Source of the DNA: an uncultured Actinomycetes bacterium
Lineage (GTDB): Bacteria; Actinomycetota; Thermoleophilia; RBG-16-64-13
Reading direction: 5' to 3'
Assembly (NCBI GenBank): GCA_963706025.1
Contig: CAVPLM010000003.1
Location: 704,001 to 768,000, forward strand
Length of the DNA stretch: 64,000 nucleotides
The notes below the pieces were generated by a model, which worked only from the letters and a program-made list of their open reading frames with translations, made no database searches and had not been told where the DNA came from. Position numbers and translations under genes: made by a program. Positions 23,411 to 35,234 of the stretch are shown here, in pieces; the first letter of the stretch is position 1; each line of letters starts with the position of its first letter.

Positions 23411-24964
23411 CTGAAAAGCAAACCCTACACTGTCTATACGGTCGAACGACTGCACAAGCGTCGAGTCCGCCGCGTCGTCCTCTGGTCTGTGGTGGGGCTC
23501 GCGGTGGCGGTCTTGGCCGTAGCGGGAGGCTCGTACCTCTGGCTGCACCTGCAGGTGTCCGGCACTCGTACGACCGACCCCGGCGTCGCGGAAGCCGTCG
23601 GGTCCACGCGAGAGGATGCCATCGGTACGCCGACGGGCATGGACATAATCCTCATCGGTTCCGATAAGCGGCCGACGAACGCCGGGGAGGAGACTCGCTC
23701 CGACACGGTGATTCTCGTCCATGCCGATCCCGACGAGGACTACCTCTCGATGCTCTCCCTTCCGCGCGATCTGCGCGTGGAGGTACCGGGTCAGGGCATC
23801 GAGAAACTGAACGCGGCCTACGCCCAGGGGGGACCGGAGCTCACCATCAAGACCGTGGAGCAACTGACCGGGGTCGATATAGACGAGTATGTGGAAGTCG
23901 ATTTCCAGGCCTTCAGCGATATCGTCGAGTCGGTCGGAGGGGTCTATCTGGACATCGACCGGCGCTACTACAACGACGATCCCGAGTTCGAGCTGATCAA
24001 GGTCTCTCCGGGGTATCAGCTGTTGGAGGGCGACCAGGCCCTCGACTACGTGCGCTTCCGGAACGATCTCAACTTCGACTTCGGGCGCATGGACCGGCAG
24101 CAGCGGTTCATCACGGCGCTGCGGGAGCAGGCCATGGGCTGGAACCTGGCCCTCGATCTCCCGGGGGTGATAAACGCCCTCTTCGACAACCTGGTCACCA
24201 CCCTGGGGACGAACGATGTCCTCAAACTGGCCTACTGGGGCGCGCGCCTCGACGGTGCCCGTATTCGGCAGGTGAGCATCATCGGCGACATCCAGGAGCG
24301 CGACGGCGTCTCGTATGTCATCCCCGAGGATGGAGCGGTGGAGGAGGCGGTGCAGAAGCTGATGACGGCGCCGGACGCGTCTGCGGGCGATCAGACGGCG
24401 GCCTCCGGCGATTCCAACGGCGGCGGGACAGGCACCACCTCGGAGACCTCCACGACCTCCACGACCTCTTCCAACGACACCTCCACTTCGTTCGTCACCG
24501 ATCCCGACGAGATCGCCAACAGCCGGTTGTGGAACCAACTAGCCTCGGCTGCACCTTTCCAAGTACTTGCCCCCGGGTACCTTCCGGAGGGCTACGCGTA
24601 CGTCGATAGGATGCCGGTGACGGGTGGCGCGTACGACATCGTGGTGGGCGACGATACCAGGCCGGCCATCAAGACGGTCTATCGGCTGACCAACGTCGAG
24701 GGAACAGAGACCGACCAGTATATGGGGATCATGGAGACCACCTGGCTCGACGCCCCGGCGGCCGGTGCCGGCCAAGAAGTAGAGAGGAACGGGATCACGT
24801 ACACTTTCGTGGGAACCGACCAGAGGACCGAGCGCATCTGGTGGGTGAAGGACGAAGTCCTGTACTGGGTCTCCAACACCCTTTCCTACGTGCTGAACAG
24901 GACGGAGCTCCTCAAAGTGGCCGAATCGATGATCGTGATACCGAGTGGAGCCGGCACTGACTGA
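23411..24964 (+). CDS. LytR-CpsA-Psr (LCP) family protein 1 with uncharacterised C-terminal domain (probable CTG start)
   Basis: TM anchor; GSDKR, RSDT, LSLPRD, KLNAAY, YVRFR, DFGRMDRQQ; Ser/Thr linker; C-terminal YWVSNTLS domain. Confidence 0.92.
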   Translation: MKSKPYTVYTVERLHKRRVRRVVLWSVVGLAVAVLAVAGGSYLWLHLQVSGTRTTDPGVAEAVGSTREDAIGTPTGMDIILIGSDKRPTNAGEETRSDTVILVHADPDEDYLSMLSLPRDLRVEVPGQGIEKLNAAYAQGGPELTIKTVEQLTGVDIDEYVEVDFQAFSDIVESVGGVYLDIDRRYYNDDPEFELIKVSPGYQLLEGDQALDYVRFRNDLNFDFGRMDRQQRFITALREQAMGWNLALDLPGVINALFDNLVTTLGTNDVLKLAYWGARLDGARIRQVSIIGDIQERDGVSYVIPEDGAVEEAVQKLMTAPDASAGDQTAASGDSNGGGTGTTSETSTTSTTSSNDTSTSFVTDPDEIANSRLWNQLASAAPFQVLAPGYLPEGYAYVDRMPVTGGAYDIVVGDDTRPAIKTVYRLTNVEGTETDQYMGIMETTWLDAPAAGAGQEVERNGITYTFVGTDQRTERIWWVKDEVLYWVSNTLSYVLNRTELLKVAESMIVIPSGAGTD

Positions 24965-26803
24965 CAAACCGTACACCGTGTATTCGGTGGAAGGCGGCAA
25001 AAAGGGAGGGTGGAAGCGCATCCTCCTATGGACGCTGGTCGGCGTGTTCGTTCTACTGCTGGCCGCAGGCGGCGGATCCTATCTGTGGTTCCGAGACCAG
25101 GTCGCGGGAGCCAACGAGCGGGTGGCGCCGGAGGTCAAGGCGGTGTTGGCGGAGAAGCCGAGCAGCACGATCGTCTCTGTGACCGTTCCCGCAGCTAAGG
25201 CTCAGCCCGAGCCTGAGGTTCCCGACTCCCCCACGGGGATGAACCTGCTGGTGCTGGGATCCGACCGCAGGGAGAGCGAAGAGGACGATTCCGGCCGTTC
25301 TGACACCATCATCCTCGTGCACGTCGATCCCGACCAGGACTATCTTTCCGTGCTTTCGTTGCCGCGGGATCTCAGGGTGAAGGTGCCCGGTCACGGGTTG
25401 GCGAAGATCAACGCCGCTTACGCGTTCGGCGGCCCGGCTCTCACCATCAGGACTGTCGAGCAAGTGACCGGCGTCGACATCAACCACTACTTGGAGATCG
25501 ACTTCGATGCCTTCAAAGACATCACCAACTCCCTCGGCGGGGTCTATGTGGACGTCGATCGGCGCTACTACAACGACAACCCTGAATGGGAACTGATCAA
25601 GCTCGCCCCCGGCTATCAACTGCTGAACGGCGACCAAGCCCTCGACTACGTGCGCTTCAGGCACGACCAGAACATGGACTTCGGTCGAATGGAACGGCAA
25701 CAGCTGTTCTTAAGCGCCGTCCGCGAGCAGGCGATGGGCTGGGATCTGCCCTTCAAACTGCCGAGGCTGGTCAGTGCTCTCTTCAAGAACGTCGACACCG
25801 ACCTGGGTGCCAACGACATCCTTAAGCTCGCCTATTGGGGCACAAGGCTGGACGGCGCCCGCATCCGGCAGATCAGTATCGTCGGAGCCACGGACACCAT
25901 CGGGGGTGCATCGTACGTCCTCGTCGACGAGGACGCCATCGTCGACGCCGTGACCGCCTTCCTTACTCCGCCCCGGGCCACGCAGGCGGCCGGCGATAGT
26001 GGGGCGGTGACAGGAACGACCGTCCCGGACGCCGGCTCGTCGTCTGCGGGCGTCGCTGAAGTCGACCTAAGCGGCATGGAAGTCGACGTACTGAACGCTA
26101 ACGGCCGGGCGGGAGAGGCCGCGGCAGCCGGCGAATGGCTGGAAAGTCTGGGAGCCACGGTCCACACGGTCGCGAACGCCGACACGTCCGTCCAAGAAGC
26201 CACGTCGGTCGAATACCCCTCAGGCCTCTCCGCGGAGGCCAGAGAGGTGGCCAAGGTGTTCGGAGCGGAGTCGGTGAGCAGGAACAGCTCGGTCGATCAC
26301 GTCACCGTCATCCTGGGAGGGGACTTCTGGCTTCCAGCGGAGTACGCTCTTCCTCCCAACCCGAGCAACATCCCCGACGCCGGTGGATGGAAGACGATCG
26401 CCCAGACGGTCCCCTTCGCCGTGCAGGCGCCGGCGTATCTCCCCCGGGGCTACAGGTTCGTGGAGCGGATGCCGCCGACCGGCGCGACTTACGATATCGA
26501 CGCGGATGGTGGCACCAAGCCCGCCTTCAAGATGTTGTACCGCCTGATAGAGGATGGAGAGTACACCGACCAATACATGGGCATCACGGAGACCACCTGG
26601 TTGGACGCCCCTGCTGCCGGGAAGGGCGTGGAGGTCAGGAATGGCGGCACCACGTTCACCATCGTGGGCACAAACGAGAAGGTGGAACGCATCTGGTGGA
26701 GGGCCGACGGCGTGCTGTATTGGGTGTCGAACACTCTGTCGCACCTCCTCAGCAAGGAGGAGCTGCTGGCGGTGGCCCAATCGATGCTGCCCATCCCTCC
26801 CGA

Positions 26804-26807
<4 letters not shown>
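24957..26807 (+). CDS. LCP family protein 2 with LytR_C-like and the same C-terminal domain (probable CTG start)
   Basis: Clear paralog of LCP1; extra VDVLNANGRAGEA segment; YWVSNTLS domain. Confidence 0.92.
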
Positions 26808-28734
<1,927 letters not shown>

Positions 28735-28739
28735 ACGCG

Positions 28740-29897
28740 GTGGCGGGTCCAAGGACTCCGGAAGGCGGCGGCCCAATCAGGACCGTGGAGTGGCAGGAAG
28801 GGGTCGTGGTCATGATCGACCAGCGCCGGCTGCCACTCGAAGAGGTGTACCTCCGTTGTGAGACCTGGGAGGCCGTGGCGGACGCCATCTGTACCATGGC
28901 GATCCGCGGGGCCCCCGCTCTCGGCGTAGCCGCGGGCATGGGGATGGCGCTGGCGGCGCGGGCCGCGCTGCGCGCCGGCGCCGGCGAGCCCGCCCGCTTC
29001 CGGGCTTCGCTCCAAGCTGCGTCCAAAGGCCTGTTCGAGACCCGGCCCACAGCGTATAACCTGCCCTGGGCACTCAGTGAGATGGAACGCATCTGGAGCA
29101 GGGACGACCTCACCCCGGCGGAGATCGCTGCCGCGATGGAGCGCCGGGCAGTGGAGATCCACAAGGAAGACTTGGCCTCGTGCCGGGCGATCGGAGAGCT
29201 TGGGGCCGGGCTCATCCAAGGAGAGAAGCCGGTGATCTTGACGCACTGCAACGCGGGGGCCTTGGCAACGGCGGGCTACGGAACGGCCCTGGGGGTCATC
29301 AGGGCGGTGCATGCCCGCGATCCCCGTGTTCACGTCTTGGCCGACGAGACCAGGCCGTTGCTCCAGGGCGCCCGGCTGACCGCCTGGGAGCTGATGCGGG
29401 AGGGCATCTCCGTGGAACTGATCACCGACGGTATGGCCGGTCACTTCATGAGCCGCGGTCTCGTGACCCACGTGGTGGTGGGAGCCGACCGCATCACCGC
29501 CAACGGAGACGTGGCCAACAAGATCGGGACGTACACGGTCTCCGTGCTGGCTCGAGAACACGGCATACCGTTCTATGTGGCCGCTCCGTTCTCCACGGTC
29601 GACCGATCGCTGGCGGATGGGAGCGCCATCCCCATCGAGGAGCGCGATTCCTCAGAGGTCACCGGATTCGGAGGGGTGCGTTGGGCTCCCCCGGGCGTGA
29701 AGGTGCGCAACCCGGCCTTCGACGTGACTCCCGCGGGCAACGTGACGGCTATCATCACCGAGCGGGGTGTGGCGTTCCCGCCGTATGCGGTGAGTCTCGC
29801 GCAACTGGAAGCCAAGGCCGAGCGGCGTACGGCCCGGCCGGTCTCGGCCGGCTACCACACGCGCCCTGAGGGCGTCGGAGCTGGGGAGGCAGAATGA
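28740..29897 (+). CDS. mtnA: S-methyl-5-thioribose-1-phosphate isomerase (start uncertain)
   Basis: IDQRRLP, IRGAPALG, RPTAYNL, THCNAGALAT, ETRPLLQGARLT, NKIGTY, NPAFDVTP. Confidence 0.95.
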   Translation: MAGPRTPEGGGPIRTVEWQEGVVVMIDQRRLPLEEVYLRCETWEAVADAICTMAIRGAPALGVAAGMGMALAARAALRAGAGEPARFRASLQAASKGLFETRPTAYNLPWALSEMERIWSRDDLTPAEIAAAMERRAVEIHKEDLASCRAIGELGAGLIQGEKPVILTHCNAGALATAGYGTALGVIRAVHARDPRVHVLADETRPLLQGARLTAWELMREGISVELITDGMAGHFMSRGLVTHVVVGADRITANGDVANKIGTYTVSVLAREHGIPFYVAAPFSTVDRSLADGSAIPIEERDSSEVTGFGGVRWAPPGVKVRNPAFDVTPAGNVTAIITERGVAFPPYAVSLAQLEAKAERRTARPVSAGYHTRPEGVGAGEAE

Positions 29898-30895
29898 AGG
29901 TCATGATCATGGCCGCCGGCAAGGGGACAAGACTCCGTCCCCTCACCGACTATCTTCCGAAGCCCATGGTCCCCGTTGTCAACCGGCCGGCGCTGTACCA
30001 CATCCTTCGCCTGCTTCGTCGTCACGGCCTCCGGGAGGCAGTGATCAATCTCCATCACATGCCCGCGGTCATCACGGACTACTTCGGTGACGGGGCCTGG
30101 ATGGACATGGACATCACCTACTCCTTCGAGCCCGAACTCCTGGGCACCGCGGGCGGGGTCAAGAAGAATGCCGCCTTTCTGGGAGGCGACACCTTCTTGG
30201 TGATGAGCGGCGACGCTTTGACCGACATCGACCTGACCGGATTGGTGGCCGCTCACCGACGGCGTGGATCCATCGCCACCCTGGCCGTCACGGAAGTGCC
30301 CGATCCGAGCCTCTTCGGAGTCGTGGTCGCCGATGACGACGACAGGGTGGTGGGTTTTCAGGAGAAGCCCACCCGGGAGGAAGCCCGATCGAGAATGTGC
30401 AATTGCGGCATATACGTATTCGAGCCCGATATCCTCGCGCACATCCCACCCGACCAGTTCGATGACTTCGGGCGCCGCGTGTTTCCGGATCTGCTGCGCC
30501 AGCAGGTCCCTTTTCACGCCCAAAGCGTGACAGGATACTGGAGCGACGTGGGCAATCTGGGCGAGTATGTGCGGGGGAATGCCGACGCCCTGGAGGGTCT
30601 GGTGGAGGTCGAGATCCCGGGAAACGAGATCCGCCCCGGCGTGTGGGTGGAGACCGAGACGACCGTGGCGCCGACAGTGCGCCTCGAGCCGCCGGTAGCG
30701 ATCGGGCAAGGGTGCCTGCTGGGCGAAGAGGTGGTGGTCGAAGGCCCTGCGGTGGTAGGAGACGGGAGCGTGCTGGAGGCCGGGTCGCACGTGTCTGGGA
30801 GCTTGTTGCTGCCCGGATCGTATATCCCGGCCGGCGCGCTGGTGGTGAACGGAGTCGTGGGCCGGAGCTCGCCCGCGCAGGACAATGGTGGTTGA
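29894..30895 (+). CDS. NDP-sugar pyrophosphorylase (mannose-1-phosphate guanylyltransferase-like)
   Basis: MAAGKGTRLRPLT, PKPM, LGTAGG, SGDALTD, FQEKP, YWSDVG, left-handed beta-helix tail. Confidence 0.9.
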   Translation: MKVMIMAAGKGTRLRPLTDYLPKPMVPVVNRPALYHILRLLRRHGLREAVINLHHMPAVITDYFGDGAWMDMDITYSFEPELLGTAGGVKKNAAFLGGDTFLVMSGDALTDIDLTGLVAAHRRRGSIATLAVTEVPDPSLFGVVVADDDDRVVGFQEKPTREEARSRMCNCGIYVFEPDILAHIPPDQFDDFGRRVFPDLLRQQVPFHAQSVTGYWSDVGNLGEYVRGNADALEGLVEVEIPGNEIRPGVWVETETTVAPTVRLEPPVAIGQGCLLGEEVVVEGPAVVGDGSVLEAGSHVSGSLLLPGSYIPAGALVVNGVVGRSSPAQDNGG

Positions 30896-31724
30896 GCAGG
30901 CAGTCGAGTCTGGGCGTAGCAGGAGCGCCGGTCGGGGTATCGCGCGGGCGGCGGGGTGGTGGCGCGACTCGGTGGGGGAGCCCCTGCTGTCGGTCCTCTT
31001 TCCGCCCCGTTGTGTGGGCTGCCGCGACTTCGAGACGTACCTGTGCCCCTCATGTCGAGGGACCCTCGTCGCGGTCGGTCCGGGCGGCTGTCCGCGCTGC
31101 GGCGAGCCGGGCCCGCAGCCCCTCGTGGCCGGCCGCTGCTCTCACTGCATCAGTGCGGACTTCAGCTATTCCGGTGCGCGAAGCGCTTTCCGCCACCAGG
31201 GGGCGGCGCGGCAGCTGGTGGCTGAATTCAAGTTCGGTGGACAGCCGGTGCTCGGCCGGCTGATGGCCGATCTGGCGAGACCGGCGTTCACGGAGTACCT
31301 GTCTTCGATCGGGCCGCGCGATCGGATACTGGTCACCTGGGTCCCGTCGCATCGAGCCGCGCGACGCGAGCGAGGTTACAACCAGGCGGAGGTGCTGGCT
31401 CGAGCGCTGGCCGGCGGTCCCCTGCCGCGGCCCGTGGCCGATCTGGTCGAGAAGACGGCCGCCACCAGGCATCAGAAGGAGTTGGGAAGAGCCGGACGAC
31501 AGAGCAATCTGCGTGGGGCTTTCACCATGAGGCAGTCAGGATATGCCGGCCCTGCCGCCGGCTTGGCCGCCGATTATGAGGCCGTGGTCCTCGTCGACGA
31601 CGTCTATACGACCGGAGCCACGGCGCAGGAGGTGTCTTCGGTGCTTGTCCGGGGTACGGGACTACCGGTACACGTCTTCACCTTCTCTCGGGCGGTCGGC
31701 GGCAAGGTCGAGGGGCACGACTGA
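30885..31724 (+). CDS. comF: ComF family double zinc-ribbon/PRTase protein
   Basis: LFPPRCVGC...CPSC, CPRC...CSHC, RGYNQAE, VLVDDVYTTGAT; precedes hpf-secA. Confidence 0.9.
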   Translation: MVVEQAVESGRSRSAGRGIARAAGWWRDSVGEPLLSVLFPPRCVGCRDFETYLCPSCRGTLVAVGPGGCPRCGEPGPQPLVAGRCSHCISADFSYSGARSAFRHQGAARQLVAEFKFGGQPVLGRLMADLARPAFTEYLSSIGPRDRILVTWVPSHRAARRERGYNQAEVLARALAGGPLPRPVADLVEKTAATRHQKELGRAGRQSNLRGAFTMRQSGYAGPAAGLAADYEAVVLVDDVYTTGATAQEVSSVLVRGTGLPVHVFTFSRAVGGKVEGHD

Positions 31725-31831
31725 AGGAGGGATATGGTATCTTTCACCGCTCCCCAGAGGAAGACGAAGGGCCCCGAGGATCCGGGTCCTTCGGGGAGAA
31801 TCCACATGACGAGTCAAGGAGCAGGACCGGC

Positions 31832-32398
31832 GTGAATCTCACGGTCAAAGGCAGGAATCTCGCCCTCACAGAAGCGGTCAGCGCTTATGCCGAGGAGAAG
31901 ATCGGACGCCTTGGGAAGTACCTGGCGAACGGATCTCGATGCGAAGTGGAGCTCTGGACCGAGAAGAACCCCAGTATCCCCGCCAACCAAGTGGTGGAGG
32001 TCACCATCTTTACGAAGGGCCCGGTCATCAGGGCCCGCGAGGCCTCGCCGGACATGTACACCTCCATCGATCTGGTCTTCGCGAAGCTCGAGCGTCAAGT
32101 GAAGAAGTACCGGGGTAAGCTTGTGGCCCGATCCCAAGGCGCGCACAGGGAGACGTTCGTTTCCGAGGGCTTCGAGGTCCCCGAGGGGACGGAGGAGCTC
32201 GAAGAGGAAGCGACCTCGCCTCGGATCGTCAAGACCAAGCAGTTCATGATCAAGCCCATGGCTCCAGAAGAAGCCGCGCTTCAATTGGAGTTGGTAGGGC
32301 ATGACTTCTACGTGTTCACCAACTCCGAGACCCAAGAAACGGCGGTGGTGTATCGTCGCCGGGACGGGAACTACGGGCTCATCGAAGCTCAGAGCTGA
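31832..32398 (+). CDS. hpf: Ribosome hibernation promoting factor, long form
   Basis: VKGRN, DMYTSID, KLERQVKKY, KPMAPEEAALQL, VVYRRRDGNYGLI. Confidence 0.96.
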   Translation: MNLTVKGRNLALTEAVSAYAEEKIGRLGKYLANGSRCEVELWTEKNPSIPANQVVEVTIFTKGPVIRAREASPDMYTSIDLVFAKLERQVKKYRGKLVARSQGAHRETFVSEGFEVPEGTEELEEEATSPRIVKTKQFMIKPMAPEEAALQLELVGHDFYVFTNSETQETAVVYRRRDGNYGLIEAQS

Positions 32399-32520
32399 CG
32401 GCGTTTCTCGGCTGCCTCGACGTCGATCGGTCCTGTCATGGCCGGGCCGGGGCGTCGGTCGGCGAACCGGGATAGGAATAGGCCGATGTTTGGGTCAGTG
32501 ACCTGGAAGAGGCGCAGTCG

Positions 32521-35151
32521 ATGATCAAGGTCGTTGATAAGGTCCTCCGCTTCGGTGAGGGCAAGAAGTTGAGGCTGCTGGAGGAGGCGGTCGCCCGAGT
32601 CGCGGCTCTGGAGAGCGACATGGCCTCGCTCACCGGCGAAGCCCTGCGGGAGAAGACTACCGAGTTCAAGCGCCGTTTCGAGCAGGGTGAGACCCTCGAT
32701 GATCTGATGCCGGAGGCGTTCGCGGTGGCGCGGGAAGCGGCGCATCGCGCCACCGGCATGCGCCCCTTCGACGTGCAGGTCATGGGAGCCGTGGTCCTGC
32801 ATCAGGGCTCCATCGCCGAGATGAAGACCGGTGAAGGTAAGACCCTGGTCGCCACTCTACCCGTATACCTTAACGCCCTCGCCGGGCGGGGCGTCCATTT
32901 GGTCACCGTCAACGACTATCTGGCCGGCCGCGACGCGGCCTGGATGGGCCCCGTGTATGAGTTCCTGGGTATGTCGGTGGCCGCCCTGCAGAACGGCATG
33001 GAAGCGGACGAACGGCGGGCCGCCTACCAGGCCGACATCACCTATGGCACCAACACCGAGTTCGGCTTCGACTATCTGCGCGACAACATGGTCCTGCGGA
33101 CCGACCAGCAGGTGCAACGCGGCCACTACTACTGCATCGTGGACGAGGTGGACTCCATCCTCGTCGATGAGGCGCGGACCCCGCTCATCATCTCGGGGCC
33201 AGGCGAACGGGCGGCCAAGACCTACTACGATTTCGCCCGCATCGCCCGCCGGCTCACGCCCGGCGAGGGTGAAGAGGGGGACTACGAGGTCGACGAGAAG
33301 AAGCGCACCGTGGCCATCACCGAGAAGGGGCTGGCCCGCGTCGAGCGGGAGCTGGGGATCGACAACATCTACGAGGATCTCTCCGGCCAACTCGTCAACC
33401 ACCTCATGCAGGCGCTGCGGGCGGCGGCCCTTTTCAGGCGCGATGTCGACTATCTGGTGCAGGACGGTGAGGTCAAGATCATTGACGAGTTCACCGGGCG
33501 GATCCTCGAAGGCCGCCGGTACTCCGAAGGCCTGCACCAGGCCATCGAGGCCCGCGAGGGCGTCAAGATCAAGGAAGAGAACCAGACCCTCGCCACCATC
33601 ACCCTGCAGAACTACTTCCGCCTGTACGAGAAGATCGCCGGCATGACCGGCACCGCCGCCACCGAGGCCGACGAGTTCCAAGAGATCTACAAGATGGAAG
33701 TGGTGGTCATCCCCACCAACGAGCCCATGATCCGAGATGATGGTAACGATCTCATCTACAAGACCGAGAAGGCTAAGTTCAAGGCGGCCGCCGATCTCAT
33801 CGCCGACTGCTACGAGCGCAAGCAGCCGGTTCTGGTGGGCACCATCTCGGTAGAGAAGTCGGAACGGCTCTCGGAGATGCTGAAGCGCCGGGGCATCCCT
33901 CACGAGGTCTTGAACGCCAAGCACCACGCCAAAGAGGCGGCGATCGTGGCTCAGGCCGGACAGCCAGGGTCCATCACCATAGCCACCAACATGGCCGGTA
34001 GGGGCACGGACATCAAGCTGGGCGATGGCGTCGTCGACGTGGGGGGACTGTTCGTTCTGGGTACCGAGCGGCACGAAGCCCGGAGGGTCGACAACCAGCT
34101 TCGGGGCCGTTCCGGCCGCCAGGGCGACCCCGGAGCGAGCCAGTTCATCATCTCTCTGGAAGACGACCTCTTGCGCATCTTCGGTGGAGAGCGCATCCAC
34201 CGCCTCATGGATCGCCTGGGGCTCGAGGAGGACATCCCCATCGAGCACAGTCTGATCTCCCGGTCGGTGGAGAGCGCTCAGAAGAAAGTGGAAGAGCAGA
34301 ACTTCCAGATCCGGAAACGGGTGCTCGAGTACGACGACGTGATGAACAAGCAGCGCGAGGTCATCTACGGGCAGCGCCAGCGCATCCTCGGCGGCGACGA
34401 CCTGCGTGAAGACGTGCTCAGCATCATCGAGCGCATCCTGCGAGAGCAAGTGGCCATCTTCACCGGATCTTCGCGCTTCTCTGAGGAATGGGACCTGGAA
34501 GAGATGCTCACCATGCTGCGCACCTACTTCCCCACGACGATCACCGTCGAGAGTCTGGGCGATCCGTCGGAGATCGACGCCGAGAGTCTCGCGGATCTCG
34601 TGGTGGAGGACGCGCTCGAGGTGTATCAGGCGAGAGAGCAGCGCTTCGGGGCGGCGACCATGCGCGAGCTGGAGAGCTGGGTGCTCCTGCGCACCATCGA
34701 TTCCAAGTGGCGAGACCATCTGTACGAGATGGACTATCTGCGGGAGGGCATCGGACTCCGGGCCCTTGCTCAGCGCGATCCCCTGGTGGAGTACAAGAAC
34801 GAGGGCTTTCGGATGTTCCAGGAGATGATGGACTCCATCCAGTCCGATTTCGTCCGCTATCTCTATCACCTGGAGATCGTCCGCGAGGAGCAGCCTCAGG
34901 AGGCGGCGCCCGCCCGGCAACTGGCCTACTCGGGGGGCGGCGACAGCAGCCTGAGCCAGAACTTCGCCGCGGCCGGAGCGGCGGCGGCTGCTCGACCAGA
35001 GCGGATGACGGACAGCTCGGCCGAGGCGTATGAGGCCGCCCAGCAGGCCACCCGGACCGTCGTTGCTCCGCGAAGCGTCAGCAAAGTGGGCCGAAACGAT
35101 CCCTGCCCTTGCGGAAGCGGCAAGAAATACAAGAAGTGCTGCGGCGTTTGA
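32521..35151 (+). CDS. secA: Preprotein translocase subunit SecA
   Basis: EMKTGEGKT, VDEVDSILVDEARTP, ATNMAGRGTD, QLRGRSGRQGDPG, SEC-C motif GRNDPCPCGSGKKYKKCCG. Confidence 0.98.
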   Translation: MIKVVDKVLRFGEGKKLRLLEEAVARVAALESDMASLTGEALREKTTEFKRRFEQGETLDDLMPEAFAVAREAAHRATGMRPFDVQVMGAVVLHQGSIAEMKTGEGKTLVATLPVYLNALAGRGVHLVTVNDYLAGRDAAWMGPVYEFLGMSVAALQNGMEADERRAAYQADITYGTNTEFGFDYLRDNMVLRTDQQVQRGHYYCIVDEVDSILVDEARTPLIISGPGERAAKTYYDFARIARRLTPGEGEEGDYEVDEKKRTVAITEKGLARVERELGIDNIYEDLSGQLVNHLMQALRAAALFRRDVDYLVQDGEVKIIDEFTGRILEGRRYSEGLHQAIEAREGVKIKEENQTLATITLQNYFRLYEKIAGMTGTAATEADEFQEIYKMEVVVIPTNEPMIRDDGNDLIYKTEKAKFKAAADLIADCYERKQPVLVGTISVEKSERLSEMLKRRGIPHEVLNAKHHAKEAAIVAQAGQPGSITIATNMAGRGTDIKLGDGVVDVGGLFVLGTERHEARRVDNQLRGRSGRQGDPGASQFIISLEDDLLRIFGGERIHRLMDRLGLEEDIPIEHSLISRSVESAQKKVEEQNFQIRKRVLEYDDVMNKQREVIYGQRQRILGGDDLREDVLSIIERILREQVAIFTGSSRFSEEWDLEEMLTMLRTYFPTTITVESLGDPSEIDAESLADLVVEDALEVYQAREQRFGAATMRELESWVLLRTIDSKWRDHLYEMDYLREGIGLRALAQRDPLVEYKNEGFRMFQEMMDSIQSDFVRYLYHLEIVREEQPQEAAPARQLAYSGGGDSSLSQNFAAAGAAAAARPERMTDSSAEAYEAAQQATRTVVAPRSVSKVGRNDPCPCGSGKKYKKCCGV

Positions 35152-35234
35152 TCCGCCGCCCGGCATCCGCCCGGGCCGGCGCCGTCCCGGCAAGCGGGAC
35201 ATGTCGGGCGGGCTAGGCTATACTGCCCCGAAAG

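Noticed and set aside
24430-24490. Short tandem repeats (acctccacg)
   Set aside because: They encode the Ser/Thr linker of LCP1; low-complexity coding sequence
32857-35202. Long antisense ORFs (781 aa opposite secA and many similar)
   Set aside because: Expected shadow frames of high-GC3 coding sequence; no recognisable motifs or RBS
35152-35215. Structured ncRNA between secA and prfB
   Set aside because: GC-rich nested hairpins with no recognisable family; most simply a terminator or mRNA-stabilising stem upstream of the prfB -10 (TATACT 35219-24)
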